Of a DNA stretch of 64,000 bases, positions 11,507 to 21,472 are shown in pieces (the first letter of the stretch is position 1; every line of letters begins with the position of its first letter). Below the pieces are notes generated by a model. It saw only the letters and a program-made list of their open reading frames with translations, searched no databases and was not told where the DNA came from. The stretch is from Caulobacter sp. (GTDB taxonomy: Bacteria; Pseudomonadota; Alphaproteobacteria; Caulobacterales; Caulobacteraceae). The position numbers were made by a program, and so were the translations under genes. The stretch spans positions 8,811-72,810 of the forward strand of contig JAUXVF010000020.1 in assembly GCA_030680355.1 (NCBI GenBank). Reading direction: 5' to 3'.

Positions 11507-13666
11507 GTGACCCGCATCGCCAGCGTCCTGCTGCCTCTGCCGCTGCCCGAGGCCTTCGACTACGACGAGCCGGAGGGCATGGGTCTGGCTGTCGGCGACC
11601 ATGTCGCCGTGCCGCTGGGGCCCCGCACGGCCCGGGGCGTGGTCACGGCCCTGCGCGCAGCAGCCGGCGGCAACCGGCCGCTGAAGCCGGTGCTGGAACG
11701 GCTCGACGACCCGGCGATGCCGGAGACCACCCTGCGGTTCGTGGAATGGGCGGCGCGCTATTCGGTGGATCCGCCGGGCCTGCCCCTGGCCATGGCCCTG
11801 CGCGGCCTGCGGGCGCCAAAGCCAAAGCCGATCAAGCTGGTGGTCGCCACCGGCCAGGCCCCCGGCCGCATGACCCCGGCCCGCGACAAGGTGCTGGCCG
11901 CCGCTCTGACGCCGATGACCGCCGTCGCCCTGGCCGAGGCCGCCGGGGTTTCGGCAGGCGTCATCAAGGGGCTGATCGACGAGGGCAGTCTGGAAATCCG
12001 GCTGCATACGGTCGAGACTGAATTCGCGCCGCCGGACCTGACCCTGCCCGGACCGACGCTGAACGCCAGCCAGAAGGCCGCCGCCGGCGTTCTGACCGGC
12101 ATGGTCGCCCAGGGCGGCTTCCAGGCCGCCCTGCTCGACGGCGTCACCGGCTCGGGCAAGACCGAGGTCTATCTGGAGGCGGTGGCCGCGGCGCTGGCCG
12201 CCGACCCCGGGGCCCAGGTGCTGGTTTTGCTGCCCGAGATCGCCCTGACCCAGGCCGTCCTCGCCCGGTTCGAGGATCGCTTCGGCGCCGCCCCGGCCGA
12301 ATGGCATTCGGCGGTGCCGCCGCCCCGCCGTCGGCAGATCTGGGAGGGCGTCGCCACCGGCCGCGCCCGCATCGTCATCGGCGCCCGCTCGGCCCTGTTC
12401 CTGCCGTTCCGGTCGCTGCGCCTGATCGTCGTCGATGAGGAGCACGACGGCTCCTACAAACAGGAGGAGGGCTTCATCTACCAGGCCCGCGACCTGGCCG
12501 TGGCCCGCGCCAGTCTCGAGAAATGCGCCGTGGTGCTGGCCTCGGCGACGCCGTCGCTGGAAAGCCTCTGGAACGCCGAACAGGGCCGCTACCGCTGGCT
12601 GAAGCTGGCCGCCCGCCACGGCGCCGCCGAACTGCCCGACGTTCAGCTGATCGACATGCGCCAGACGCCGCCGGAGACCGGCCGCTGGCTGTCACCGCCG
12701 CTGATCGAAGCGATGAAGGAGACCTACGGCCGCAGCGAACAGACCCTGCTGTTCCTCAACCGCCGCGGCTACGCCCCGCTGGTCCTGTGCCGGGCCTGCG
12801 GCGAGCGGATGAAGTCGCCCGACAGCGATTCCTGGCTGGTTGAGCATCGCTACACCGGCCGGCTGGTCTGTCACCTGACCGGCTTCTCCATGCCCCGGCC
12901 AGACCGCTGTCCCCACTGCGGGGCCAAGGACAGCCTGGTCTCGATCGGACCAGGGGTGGAGCGGATCGAGGAGGAGGTGCGTTTCCTGTTCCCCGAGGCC
13001 CGGGTCGCCGTCTTCTCCTCCGACACCATTTTTGACGCCGAGGGCGCCCGGACCCTGATCCAGGCCATGACCGATGGCGAGATCGATGTGCTGGTGGCCA
13101 CCCAGGCGGCGGCCAAGGGCCATGACTTCCCGCTGCTGACCCTGGTCGGGGTGGTCGACGCCGACCTGGGTCTTCGCGGCGGCGACCTGAGGGCCGGGGA
13201 GCGCACCTTCCAGCTGCTGGCCCAGGCCAGCGGGCGGGCGGGCCGTCGTGAGCGGCCGGGCCGGGCCCTGCTGCAGACCTATTCGCCCGATCATCCGGTG
13301 ATGGAGGCCCTGGCGGCCCAGGACCGGGACGCCTTCCTCGCCGCCGAGATGGCCGGGCGGGAGATGGCCGGCCTGCCGCCGTTCGGCCGGCTGGCGGCGA
13401 TCATCTGCTCAGGACCCGATCCGGAGATCCTGGAGACCTATGTCCGCGCCCTGGCGGCGGCGGCGCCCAATACCGACGGGGTCGACATCTTCGGCCCGGC
13501 CGACGCGCCGCTGGGCCTGGTCCGGGGACGCCGGCGCAAACGGTTCCTGATCCGCGCCGACCGCAAGGTCGACCTGCAGGGCTTCATGGCCGCCTGGCGG
13601 GCGCGGGCCCGGCCGCCCGGCTCGGTGCGGGTGGCCATCGACATCGACCCCTACAGCTTCCTGTAG
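11507..13666 (+). CDS. priA: primosomal protein N' (replication restart helicase PriA)
   Basis: Start trimmed to GTG 11507 ([22 protein letters not shown]). Walker [16 protein letters not shown] box, and the Cys-rich zinc region [11 protein letters not shown]...CHLTG...CPHCG. Confidence 0.93.
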   Translation: MTRIASVLLPLPLPEAFDYDEPEGMGLAVGDHVAVPLGPRTARGVVTALRAAAGGNRPLKPVLERLDDPAMPETTLRFVEWAARYSVDPPGLPLAMALRGLRAPKPKPIKLVVATGQAPGRMTPARDKVLAAALTPMTAVALAEAAGVSAGVIKGLIDEGSLEIRLHTVETEFAPPDLTLPGPTLNASQKAAAGVLTGMVAQGGFQAALLDGVTGSGKTEVYLEAVAAALAADPGAQVLVLLPEIALTQAVLARFEDRFGAAPAEWHSAVPPPRRRQIWEGVATGRARIVIGARSALFLPFRSLRLIVVDEEHDGSYKQEEGFIYQARDLAVARASLEKCAVVLASATPSLESLWNAEQGRYRWLKLAARHGAAELPDVQLIDMRQTPPETGRWLSPPLIEAMKETYGRSEQTLLFLNRRGYAPLVLCRACGERMKSPDSDSWLVEHRYTGRLVCHLTGFSMPRPDRCPHCGAKDSLVSIGPGVERIEEEVRFLFPEARVAVFSSDTIFDAEGARTLIQAMTDGEIDVLVATQAAAKGHDFPLLTLVGVVDADLGLRGGDLRAGERTFQLLAQASGRAGRRERPGRALLQTYSPDHPVMEALAAQDRDAFLAAEMAGREMAGLPPFGRLAAIICSGPDPEILETYVRALAAAAPNTDGVDIFGPADAPLGLVRGRRRKRFLIRADRKVDLQGFMAAWRARARPPGSVRVAIDIDPYSFL

Positions 13667-13669
13667 CTC

Positions 13670-14485
13670 CTAGTGCGGCGTCTCGGTCGGCGGGGTTTTG
13701 GAACGTCGTCCGCGCGCGGCCATGTTCAGCCCCTCGACCAGGCCCGAGAAGGCCATGGCGGCGTAGATGTAGCCCTTGGGCACATGCACGCCGAAGCCGT
13801 CGGCGATCAGCACCGCCCCGATCATCAGCAAAAAGCCCAGGGCCAGCATGACGATGGTCGGGTTCTTGTTGATGAAGTCGGCCAACGGCCCGGCGGCGAA
13901 AAACATGACGGCGACGGCAATGGTCACGGCCACGATCATGATCGGCACATGATCGGTCATGCCTACGGCGGTGAGGATCGAGTCGATCGAGAAGACCAGG
14001 TCCAGCAGCAGGATCTGGACAATGGCCGAACCGAAATTGGTGATGGCGGTGTTCTTGGCGTCCATCACGTCCCCGGTCGGGGCCGGATCGACGGCGTGGT
14101 GGATCTCCTTGGTCGCCTTCCACAGCAGGAACAGGCCGCCGGCGATCAGGATCAGGTCGCGCCAGGAGAAGGCGGTCTCGAAGGCCGGGTGGCCGGAGTC
14201 GCCGAGCGGCCCCTGAAGGCCCAGGTCAAACACCGGCTGGGTCAGGGCGACCAGCCAGGCGATGCCGAACAACAGGGCGATCCGCATCAGCAGGGCCAGC
14301 GACAGGCCAATGCTGCGGGCCCGGGGACGGTCCTTCTCCGGCAGCTTGTTCGACAGGATCGAGATGAACACCAGATTGTCGATGCCGAGCACGATCTCCA
14401 TGATCACCAGGGTGATCAGGGCCGCCCAGGCGGCGGGGTCGGCGGCGAGTTGCAGCAGGCTGTCCATCGGCGAGGCGTCTTTCAC
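13670..14485 (-). CDS. TerC-family integral membrane protein
   Basis: 271 aa. Sequence [21 protein letters not shown], with a second DxxxS(I)DS-type repeat [15 protein letters not shown]. The start is either GTG 14485 or ATG 14467. Confidence 0.85.
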   Translation of the reverse strand: MKDASPMDSLLQLAADPAAWAALITLVIMEIVLGIDNLVFISILSNKLPEKDRPRARSIGLSLALLMRIALLFGIAWLVALTQPVFDLGLQGPLGDSGHPAFETAFSWRDLILIAGGLFLLWKATKEIHHAVDPAPTGDVMDAKNTAITNFGSAIVQILLLDLVFSIDSILTAVGMTDHVPIMIVAVTIAVAVMFFAAGPLADFINKNPTIVMLALGFLLMIGAVLIADGFGVHVPKGYIYAAMAFSGLVEGLNMAARGRRSKTPPTETPH

Positions 14486-14622
14486 GAAAGGTGAACCGGA
14501 TGGGGTCTATGTAGTGGCCCCAGCGCCGGGTGAAACAGGTTTCGACTGATTCGCCTGACGCGCGATTCGTGATCGCCCGCTACGGACCCCGCCATCGTGC
14601 GGACCAGGGACAGGAGCCCGCC

Positions 14623-15720
14623 ATGCAGGACGCCGCCAATATCCGGCCGCTGACCGCCTTGCGTTTCTTCGCGGCCATGTGGGTCGTGCTCTTCCACTAT
14701 TGGCCCAAACTCGACACGGCCTTCACCCCGGCCCTGGTGGGCAAGGGCTATCTGGGCGTGGAGCTGTTCTTCGTCCTGTCCGGATTCATTCTGTGCCACG
14801 TCTATCTGACGGCCTTTGGCGAGGGGCGGTTCCGCTACGGCGATTTCCTCTGGAACCGGCTGGCGCGGGTTTACCCGCTGCATCTGGCGACCCTGGCGGG
14901 GATGATCGCCCTGGGCGTGGGGGCCGGCCTCGCCGGCATTGCCATCGACTCCGAAATTCTGCGCTGGGACGCCCTGCCGGCGAACCTGCTGCTGGTGCAG
15001 GCCTGGGGGTTCGCTCCGGCCGCGGCCTTCAATCATCCGTCCTGGTCGATCTCGGCCGAATGGTTCGCCTATCTGAGTTTTCCGGCCTTCGCCGTGATCG
15101 CCTGGCGCATGCGGGCCCGGCCCTGGGTGCTGGCCGGCCTGACCCTGGCGGCGATGGCCGTGCTCTATCCGGCCTTCGAGGCCCTGGCCGGCCGATCCCT
15201 GACCCAGGCCACCATCGCCTGGGGCGCCCTGCGAATCGTGCCCTGCTTCGCCCTGGGCTGCGCGATGCACAGCCTGTGGCGGTCCGGCGCGGTCCGCAGT
15301 GTCCGATCGGCGGCCCTGGGCGCCCTTTTTTCGGGCGCCGGCGTGATTATCGCGGCGGCGGCCGGTGCGCCCGACGTGGTCACCGTGATCGGGTTCGGGG
15401 GGCTGATCCTCGGCCTGGCCGGGCTTGCCCAGCATGGTTCGAGTTTCGCGACCCAGCCCGGCTTCGTGTATCTGGGAGAGATCAGCTATTCGACCTACAT
15501 GATCTGCGTGCCCTGGAAGATCATCTTCGTGAATGCAATGGCGAAACTTCTCAATCTAGCCGATGAAAAGTTGCCCTGGCCGTTGTGGATCGTCTTTCTT
15601 CTTTCCGTCATTCCACTGTCGGCCGCGTCCTACCATCTGGTCGAAAAACCGGCCCGGTCTCGGATGAAACTCATGGCCGACGGATGGCGATCACGGCGCG
15701 CGATCGCGGTCGGAGTCTGA
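14623..15720 (+). CDS. acyltransferase family 3 membrane protein (OafA/YrhL-like)
   Basis: ATG 14623 preceded by AGGAG. N-terminus IRPLTALRFFAAMWVVLFHYW, LGVELFFVLSGF, about 10 TM segments, and C-terminal SYHLVEKP. Confidence 0.88.
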   Translation: MQDAANIRPLTALRFFAAMWVVLFHYWPKLDTAFTPALVGKGYLGVELFFVLSGFILCHVYLTAFGEGRFRYGDFLWNRLARVYPLHLATLAGMIALGVGAGLAGIAIDSEILRWDALPANLLLVQAWGFAPAAAFNHPSWSISAEWFAYLSFPAFAVIAWRMRARPWVLAGLTLAAMAVLYPAFEALAGRSLTQATIAWGALRIVPCFALGCAMHSLWRSGAVRSVRSAALGALFSGAGVIIAAAAGAPDVVTVIGFGGLILGLAGLAQHGSSFATQPGFVYLGEISYSTYMICVPWKIIFVNAMAKLLNLADEKLPWPLWIVFLLSVIPLSAASYHLVEKPARSRMKLMADGWRSRRAIAVGV

Positions 15721-15790
15721 AAAGACTCTTTTCATTCCTGTGTGAGATGGGTATCCCCTCAGCTTGAGTGTCGCGGGGGAGACCTGCCGA

Positions 15791-16474
15791 ATGCATAAAC
15801 GGGCGAGAACCCTGATTGGTTCCCTGGCCGCCGCAGCGGTAATCAGCCTTACGCCGGCGGCAAGCGCCGTGGCGGATATCTATTGGCAGTGCGTCCCCTT
15901 CGCGCGCCTGCTGTCTGGCATCCAGATTTATGGCGACGCCCGGACCTGGTGGGCCCAGGCGACGGACAAGTACGACACCGGCCGCGCGCCGCGCATGGGT
16001 TCGGTGCTCTGCTTCAAGCCCACAGGCCGCATGCAGCTGGGCCACGTCGCCGTGGTCAGCCAGGTCATTACCGACCGCGTCATCCAGATCACCCACGCCA
16101 ACTGGTCCCAGATCGGCGGCGCCCGCGGCCAGATCGAGAAAGACGTCACCGTCATCGACGTCTCGCCGGTCGGCGACTGGAGCATGGTCAAGGTCTGGTA
16201 CGACCCGATTCGCGATCTCGGAGGTTCGGTCTATCCGACCTACGGCTTCATCTATCAGAACGGCCGCGCTCAGCAGCTGGCCCAGTCCGACCCCCGGTTC
16301 TGGAGCGCCCAGGGCGTGACCATGGCCCGGGCGGCCGCCAACCAGACCGCTTCGGCCGTTGGCCCGCTGCCTTCGCCCCTGGGTCTGATCAGCCAGGCCG
16401 CCGACGGCGCCGACCGTATCGCCGCCCTCATTCAGGCCGCCATCGGCCAGGGCCAGAGCGAGTCTCCCGACTGA
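15791..16474 (+). CDS. secreted CHAP-domain peptidoglycan amidase/peptidase
   Basis: Signal peptide ...TPAASAVA. Catalytic Cys context WQCVPFAR and His context QLGHVAVVSQV. Confidence 0.8.
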   Translation: MHKRARTLIGSLAAAAVISLTPAASAVADIYWQCVPFARLLSGIQIYGDARTWWAQATDKYDTGRAPRMGSVLCFKPTGRMQLGHVAVVSQVITDRVIQITHANWSQIGGARGQIEKDVTVIDVSPVGDWSMVKVWYDPIRDLGGSVYPTYGFIYQNGRAQQLAQSDPRFWSAQGVTMARAAANQTASAVGPLPSPLGLISQAADGADRIAALIQAAIGQGQSESPD

Positions 16475-16542
16475 CCCTTGAGGTCTGTTGACGCTGCCCG
16501 CTGACCGCGCCATTCGATGGCGAGGCCGGAGAGATCACGTCC

Positions 16543-17502
16543 ATGCTGAAGCTTCTTCGTCGCGGCGGTGGCGGCCAGGAGCCCGTCGGGGTCGGTCCCG
16601 GCTGGGTGATGCCCGACACCGTTGTCTGGATGGACCTGATCAATCCCGACCGCGCCGAGGAGCTTGTCGCCGAGCAGGCCTTGGGCGTGGCGCTGCCGAC
16701 GCGTGAGGAGATGGCCGAGATCGAGGTCTCATCACGCCTCTACCAGGACGACGGCGCTACCTTCATGACCGCCTTTGTCCTCGCCCACGCCGAGGAAGAC
16801 GTGCCGTCGTTGCAGCCGGTCACCTTTGTCCTGGCCAAGGGCCGGCTGGTGACCATCCGCTATGTCGAACCAAGAGCCTTCACCGTCTTCGCCGCCCAGG
16901 CCGAGCGCGATCCCGACTTCTGCCGCAGCGGCGTTGGCGCCTTCCTGGGCCTGCTCGACGCCCTCGTTGATCGGCTGGCCGACATCCTCGAGAAGACCTC
17001 GGTCGACGTGGAGCTCGTGTCGACGGACATCTTCCGCCCCAGCCGGAAGGCGGGATTCAAACCCATCCTGCAGGCGCTGGGCCGCAGCCAGGCGGTCGCA
17101 GCCAAGGCCCGCGGCAGCCTGGTCAGCCTGGGCCGGCTGCTGTCCTTCGCCACCCTCTCCGGCGAGATCGTCGAAGGCAAGGAACACAGGGACCGGCTTC
17201 GCACCCTTCAGCGGGACGTGAAATCGCTGACCGACCACTGCGCCTACCTGACGGAGAACGTCACCTTCCTGCTCGATTCGGCGGTGGGCCTGATCAACAC
17301 CGACCAGAACGAGATCATGAAGGTCTTTTCGGTCTGGGCCGTGGTGCTCATGCCGCCGACCCTGATCGGCTCGATCTACGGCATGAATTTCCGGCACATG
17401 CCCGAGCTGCAAACCGTCTGGGGTTATCCCATGGCGCTCGGACTCATGGCCGTGGCCATGCTCGTGCCGCTCTGGTGGTTCCGTCGCAAGGGCTGGCTCT
17501 GA
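16543..17502 (+). CDS. corA: CorA-family magnesium/cobalt transporter
   Basis: 319 aa. Two C-terminal TM helices flank the signature YGMNF (SIYGMNFRHMPEL). Confidence 0.92.
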   Translation: MLKLLRRGGGGQEPVGVGPGWVMPDTVVWMDLINPDRAEELVAEQALGVALPTREEMAEIEVSSRLYQDDGATFMTAFVLAHAEEDVPSLQPVTFVLAKGRLVTIRYVEPRAFTVFAAQAERDPDFCRSGVGAFLGLLDALVDRLADILEKTSVDVELVSTDIFRPSRKAGFKPILQALGRSQAVAAKARGSLVSLGRLLSFATLSGEIVEGKEHRDRLRTLQRDVKSLTDHCAYLTENVTFLLDSAVGLINTDQNEIMKVFSVWAVVLMPPTLIGSIYGMNFRHMPELQTVWGYPMALGLMAVAMLVPLWWFRRKGWL

Positions 17503-17581
17503 CAGCTGCGGACAGGCCGGAAAGAACCGTTCATTAAGCGGCTGGGGGTGATGCTGACTGACACCCGGAAGCAAGGTCCGC

Positions 17582-18793
17582 ATGTCCGCCGCAACCCAAC
17601 TCATCCGCAAGCTCGATATCGGCGCCATCATGGCGGCGATCGAGGCGCATGGGCGCTACCTGAGCCGTCGCGGCGGAGGCAAGCGGGCTAACTTCAGCTA
17701 CGTCGATCTGTCCCATATGGCGCTTGATGGCGCTGATCTGTCAGAGGCGGACCTCACCGGCGCCCAGCTGGTGGCGACCGGCCTCAACGGGGCCCGGTTG
17801 ATGCGGGCGACGCTGTTTGGCTGCGATCTTCGCGACGCCGATCTTCGCGAAGCCGATCTGACCCAGGCCGACCTCCGCGGCGTCTGCCTGCGCGGGGCCA
17901 ATCTGTCCGGCGCCCAGTTGGCCGGCTGTGACCTGCGCGAGGGTCGCATCGCCCTGCAGGGCAACAGCCAGGAATTCCGGATTCTCAAACATGATCGCCG
18001 GGCGGGCGAGCTCGACTACGCGATCCTGCAGGGCGCCAATCTCGCCGGCGCCCACATGACCGGCGCCCATGCCCTGGCCGCGGATTTCACCGATGCCGAC
18101 CTGTCCGGCGCCTGTCTGAACGGGGCGAAGCTGAACAACGCCGTCCTCGACGGCGCCAACCTGACCGGCGCGAACCTGTTCCACACCGATCTGGCCGGCG
18201 CCTCGCTGAAAAACGCCGTCGTGACCGGCGCCAATATCCAGGACGCCAACCTCGACAAGGTCGATATGAGCGAGGTGCTCCGCGCGCCGCCGCCGATTTT
18301 CTATATCGACGACCAACCCCTGGGCGAGGTGATCGGGGAGCACGAGCGCTTCTGCGAGACCGACGGCGCCGAGGGCGTGGCGATGAAGGTGTCGCGGGTC
18401 GATTTCAGGCCCATGCGCCAGATGCGTCGACGCAAGCTGACGGGCATGTCGGCGCCCCGTTCGGTGTTCTTTGGCGTCAATCTGGAAGGCGCCGAGATGC
18501 AGGGCTGCGATCTGACCGACGCCGACCTGCGCAGCACCGTGCTCAAGGACGCCGACCTTCGCGGCGCCAAGCTCGTCGGGGCCCTTCTGAACAAGGCCGA
18601 TCTGCGCGGCGCCAAGCTGGGCCCCCTGATGATCGGCGATGGTCGTTTCATCCGCACCGACCTGACCCGCGCCGTGTTGCGCGGCGCCGATCTGCGCGAT
18701 TGCGACGCCCGTCGCGCCCGCTTCCTCGAGGCGGACCTCCACGGCGTCCGCTTCGACGGCGCCGACCTGGCCGGCGCCGAGCTGGAAACCTAG
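17582..18793 (+). CDS. pentapeptide-repeat protein (two repeat blocks)
   Basis: 403 aa dominated by A(D/N)LxG units (ADLSEADLTGAQL..., ANLSGAQLAGCDL...), with a non-repeat linker of roughly 60-80 aa in the middle. Confidence 0.9.
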   Translation: MSAATQLIRKLDIGAIMAAIEAHGRYLSRRGGGKRANFSYVDLSHMALDGADLSEADLTGAQLVATGLNGARLMRATLFGCDLRDADLREADLTQADLRGVCLRGANLSGAQLAGCDLREGRIALQGNSQEFRILKHDRRAGELDYAILQGANLAGAHMTGAHALAADFTDADLSGACLNGAKLNNAVLDGANLTGANLFHTDLAGASLKNAVVTGANIQDANLDKVDMSEVLRAPPPIFYIDDQPLGEVIGEHERFCETDGAEGVAMKVSRVDFRPMRQMRRRKLTGMSAPRSVFFGVNLEGAEMQGCDLTDADLRSTVLKDADLRGAKLVGALLNKADLRGAKLGPLMIGDGRFIRTDLTRAVLRGADLRDCDARRARFLEADLHGVRFDGADLAGAELET

Positions 18794-19656
18794 AGCCCTT
18801 TTCTGAGCGGCAGCAGGTCGGGGAACACCGGCTCGCGGCCCTGCTGTTTGGCGGCGAAGGTCTCGGCCATGTGCGGACCGGAGAACATGCCCGTCTGCCA
18901 GACCGCGATATAGTCGAGCGCGTCCTTGATGCTGTGGTCGCGGGCGTAGTTGATCATCACCTTCGATCCGGCCACGGCCAGCGGCGACTTGCCGGCGATC
19001 TCGCGGGCGGTGGCCAGGGCGTGCGCGACGACCGCCTCGTGGGTGTCGAAGACCTCATTAACCAGGCCGATCTCACGCGCCCGCGCGGCCGGCAGGCGGC
19101 GGCCGGTATAGGCCAGCTCGCGCACCCAGCCTTCCGGGATCAGCTTGCACAGCCGTGGGAAGGTGCCGACGTCGGCGGTCATGCCGATATTGATCTCCAT
19201 GATGCAGAAGAAGGCGTCGGCGCTGCAGTAGCGGATGTCGCAGGCGCTGGTGAAGTCCACCGCGCCGCCGATACAGCCGCCCTGGATGGCGGCGATCACC
19301 GGCATCCGCGCCTCGTCCAGGCAGCTGAAGGTGTCCTGCAAAGCATGGACATGATGGCGGAAACTCTCGCCGGTCACGTGGCGGTCGCTGTCGCCGCCGC
19401 CGCCGGCGACGTTGGCGAACACCGACAGATCCATGCCGGCGGAGAAATGCTTGCCGGTCGAGGAGATGACGATGCACCGCGCCCGGGCGTTGTCGTTGAT
19501 GTCCCGCACGATCGCCGGCAACTCGCTCCAGAACGCCTTGTTCATGGTGTTCATGGCTTCGGGCCGCTTGAGCTGGATATGGGCGACGCCCGCCTCGATA
19601 GAGACGCTGAAGCAGGTCCAGTCTGCGGTCGTTGCGGCGGGAGAATGGGCGCTCAT
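18790..19656 (-). CDS. enoyl-CoA hydratase/isomerase (crotonase) family protein
   Basis: Start trimmed to ATG 19656 (MSAHSPAATT). Contains ISSTGKHFSAGMDL and AAIQGGCIGGAVD, the oxyanion-hole motifs. Confidence 0.88.
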   Translation of the reverse strand: MSAHSPAATTADWTCFSVSIEAGVAHIQLKRPEAMNTMNKAFWSELPAIVRDINDNARARCIVISSTGKHFSAGMDLSVFANVAGGGGDSDRHVTGESFRHHVHALQDTFSCLDEARMPVIAAIQGGCIGGAVDFTSACDIRYCSADAFFCIMEINIGMTADVGTFPRLCKLIPEGWVRELAYTGRRLPAARAREIGLVNEVFDTHEAVVAHALATAREIAGKSPLAVAGSKVMINYARDHSIKDALDYIAVWQTGMFSGPHMAETFAAKQQGREPVFPDLLPLRKGL

Positions 19657-19776
19657 GTCGAAACCTCGCGGATTTTGACACATTCTCGTGTGATGACGTG
19701 GGGAAAGCCAATCTCAATCGTATGAACAGGGGGATCGCGGCCACGCCGGGTCGACCCGCAAACCAGGGAGCACTCT

Positions 19777-20547
19777 ATGCGCATCGCAATCACGGCCTCA
19801 GTCATGGTCGCCGCCCTCGCCGCCGCCGTTCCGGGCGCGGCCCAGGCCGGCGTGTTCGGCTGCGACTCCGGCGGCGGCAAGCAGGAAGGCGCCGCGGTCA
19901 TCGGCGCCCTGATCGGCGGCGTCGTCGGCAACAAGCTGGTCAAGGGCGAACGCGGCGCCGGCACCGTCGTTGGCGCCGGCATCGGCGCGGCCATCGGCTC
20001 CTCGATCGGCTGCAAGATGCAGGAAGAGGATCAACGCCGCGCCGAAGCCGCCCTCGACGAAGCCCTCGCCACCGGCCGACCGGTGGCCTGGAAAAACCCC
20101 AACAGCGGCGCCAACGGCGAAATCCGGGTTCTGGCCTCCAACGGCTATGGCGACGGCTATGGTCAGCCCGTGCAGCTGAGCAACGTCGCCTTCGCCCGGG
20201 ACGTCCAGCCCCAGCGCTACTGGGTCGGCGGCGGCGGCACGTGGTACGCGGCCCGAAACGTCAACCTCCGCGCCGGGCCGACCACGCGGTCGCGCGTTGT
20301 CGGCCAGCTGGCCGGCGGCCAGAACTTCGAGGTCCTGGCCAAGGTCCAGGGCCAGCCCTGGCTGCTGGTTGGTCGGGATGGCTATGGCGTCGGCTATGTC
20401 TCGGAGTCGGTGGTCAGCCCCGTCGTCCGCAATGACGGCTGTCAGACCGTTGAGCAGACGCTCTACACCAAGAAGTACGGTCGTGAGACCGAGCGCTATC
20501 GGGCCTGCCGCCAGTCCGGCGGCGGCTGGGATTTGACCAAGATCTAG
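19777..20547 (+). CDS. secreted glycine-zipper / SH3-domain protein
   Basis: Signal peptide ...VPGAAQA. Gly-zipper GALIGGVVGN...GAGIGAAIGSSIG. C-terminal bacterial SH3-like segment NVNLRAGPTTRSRVVGQLAGGQNFEVL. Confidence 0.7.
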   Translation: MRIAITASVMVAALAAAVPGAAQAGVFGCDSGGGKQEGAAVIGALIGGVVGNKLVKGERGAGTVVGAGIGAAIGSSIGCKMQEEDQRRAEAALDEALATGRPVAWKNPNSGANGEIRVLASNGYGDGYGQPVQLSNVAFARDVQPQRYWVGGGGTWYAARNVNLRAGPTTRSRVVGQLAGGQNFEVLAKVQGQPWLLVGRDGYGVGYVSESVVSPVVRNDGCQTVEQTLYTKKYGRETERYRACRQSGGGWDLTKI

Positions 20548-20590
20548 TTCCGCTCGACTGACGTGGCGTGATCGGGCTAGGCAGGCGGCG

Positions 20591-21472
20591 ATGACATTCG
20601 CCGCCTCGCCTTTCCCCCATGCCCGTCGCCGCACGATCGCCGTCCCTGGAGGGACCATCGCCGGTCTCGAGTTCGGGCCGCCGGACCGGCCGCTCGACAT
20701 CGTTTTCCTGAACGCCAACGGTTTCAATGCCGGGACCTACGCCACCATCCTGGCGCCGCTGGGCGAAGACCTGCGGATTCTGGCCGTCGATCTGCGCGGT
20801 CATGGTCATACGACCCTCCCGGCTGACCCCGAAAGCCAGACCAACTGGATCGTCTATCGCGATGACCTCCTGGCCCTGCTGAACGCTCTTGGCGAGACCC
20901 CGACCGTCCTGGCCGGCCACTCGATGGGCGGCACGACCTGCCTGCTCGCCGCGGCCGTGCGGCCTGACGCCGCCCGCCGGCTGGTGCTGTTCGACCCGGT
21001 GGTGATGACGCCGGAGCGGCTGGCCGAAGTTGGCGACGACGTGAAAAATTCGCCGCTCGTGCAGGGGGCCCTCCGTCGCCGCTCGGCCTATCCTGATCGT
21101 GACGCGGCCTTCAAGGCCTACCAGGGCCGCGGCGCGTTCCGGACCTGGCCGGACGCCTCGCTGCGCGACTATCTGGCCGACGGGCTGATCGAGGGCGACG
21201 ACGGCCAGGTTCACCTGGCCTGCGCCCCGGCGTGGGAGGCCGCCAACTTCGCGGGCCATGACCACGACACCCTGGGCGCCTTCATGCGGGCCCCGGTCCC
21301 GGTTCGAGTGCTGCGGGCCGAACTGGCTTCGCCTTGCCTGCTCGGGGACCATGAAGCCGAAATTCTCGCCGGCGGAAAGATCCAGCTCGAAACCGTACCC
21401 GGGACCAGCCACTTCCTGCCCATGGAACGCCCCGACCTGGTCCGGTCCGCCCTGCGGACGGCCGCCGCCTAG
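20591..21472 (+). CDS. alpha/beta hydrolase
   Basis: 293 aa. Nucleophile elbow LAGHSMGG, and a C-terminal GTSHF histidine region. Confidence 0.85.
   Translation: MTFAASPFPHARRRTIAVPGGTIAGLEFGPPDRPLDIVFLNANGFNAGTYATILAPLGEDLRILAVDLRGHGHTTLPADPESQTNWIVYRDDLLALLNALGETPTVLAGHSMGGTTCLLAAAVRPDAARRLVLFDPVVMTPERLAEVGDDVKNSPLVQGALRRRSAYPDRDAAFKAYQGRGAFRTWPDASLRDYLADGLIEGDDGQVHLACAPAWEAANFAGHDHDTLGAFMRAPVPVRVLRAELASPCLLGDHEAEILAGGKIQLETVPGTSHFLPMERPDLVRSALRTAAA

Noticed and set aside
10814-12619. 601-aa minus-strand ORF that looks like a large fusion protein
   Set aside because: Only the last 217 aa (from ATG 11467) form the aldolase/transaldolase. The upstream part is antisense to priA and has no protein-like features.
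14486-14622. Possible yybP-ykoY (Mn2+) riboswitch upstream of the TerC-family gene
   Set aside because: I read the minus-strand leader and found only a simple GGGG...CCCC hairpin. The hallmark GGGGAGUAG element and the conserved GACAUA-type element of that riboswitch are absent.
16543-17502. CorA as a CRISPR type III-associated effector, or as part of a defence island
   Set aside because: It is a standard-length CorA with the YGMNF signature. There are no cas genes, CRISPR repeats or cyclic-oligonucleotide sensor domains anywhere in the window.
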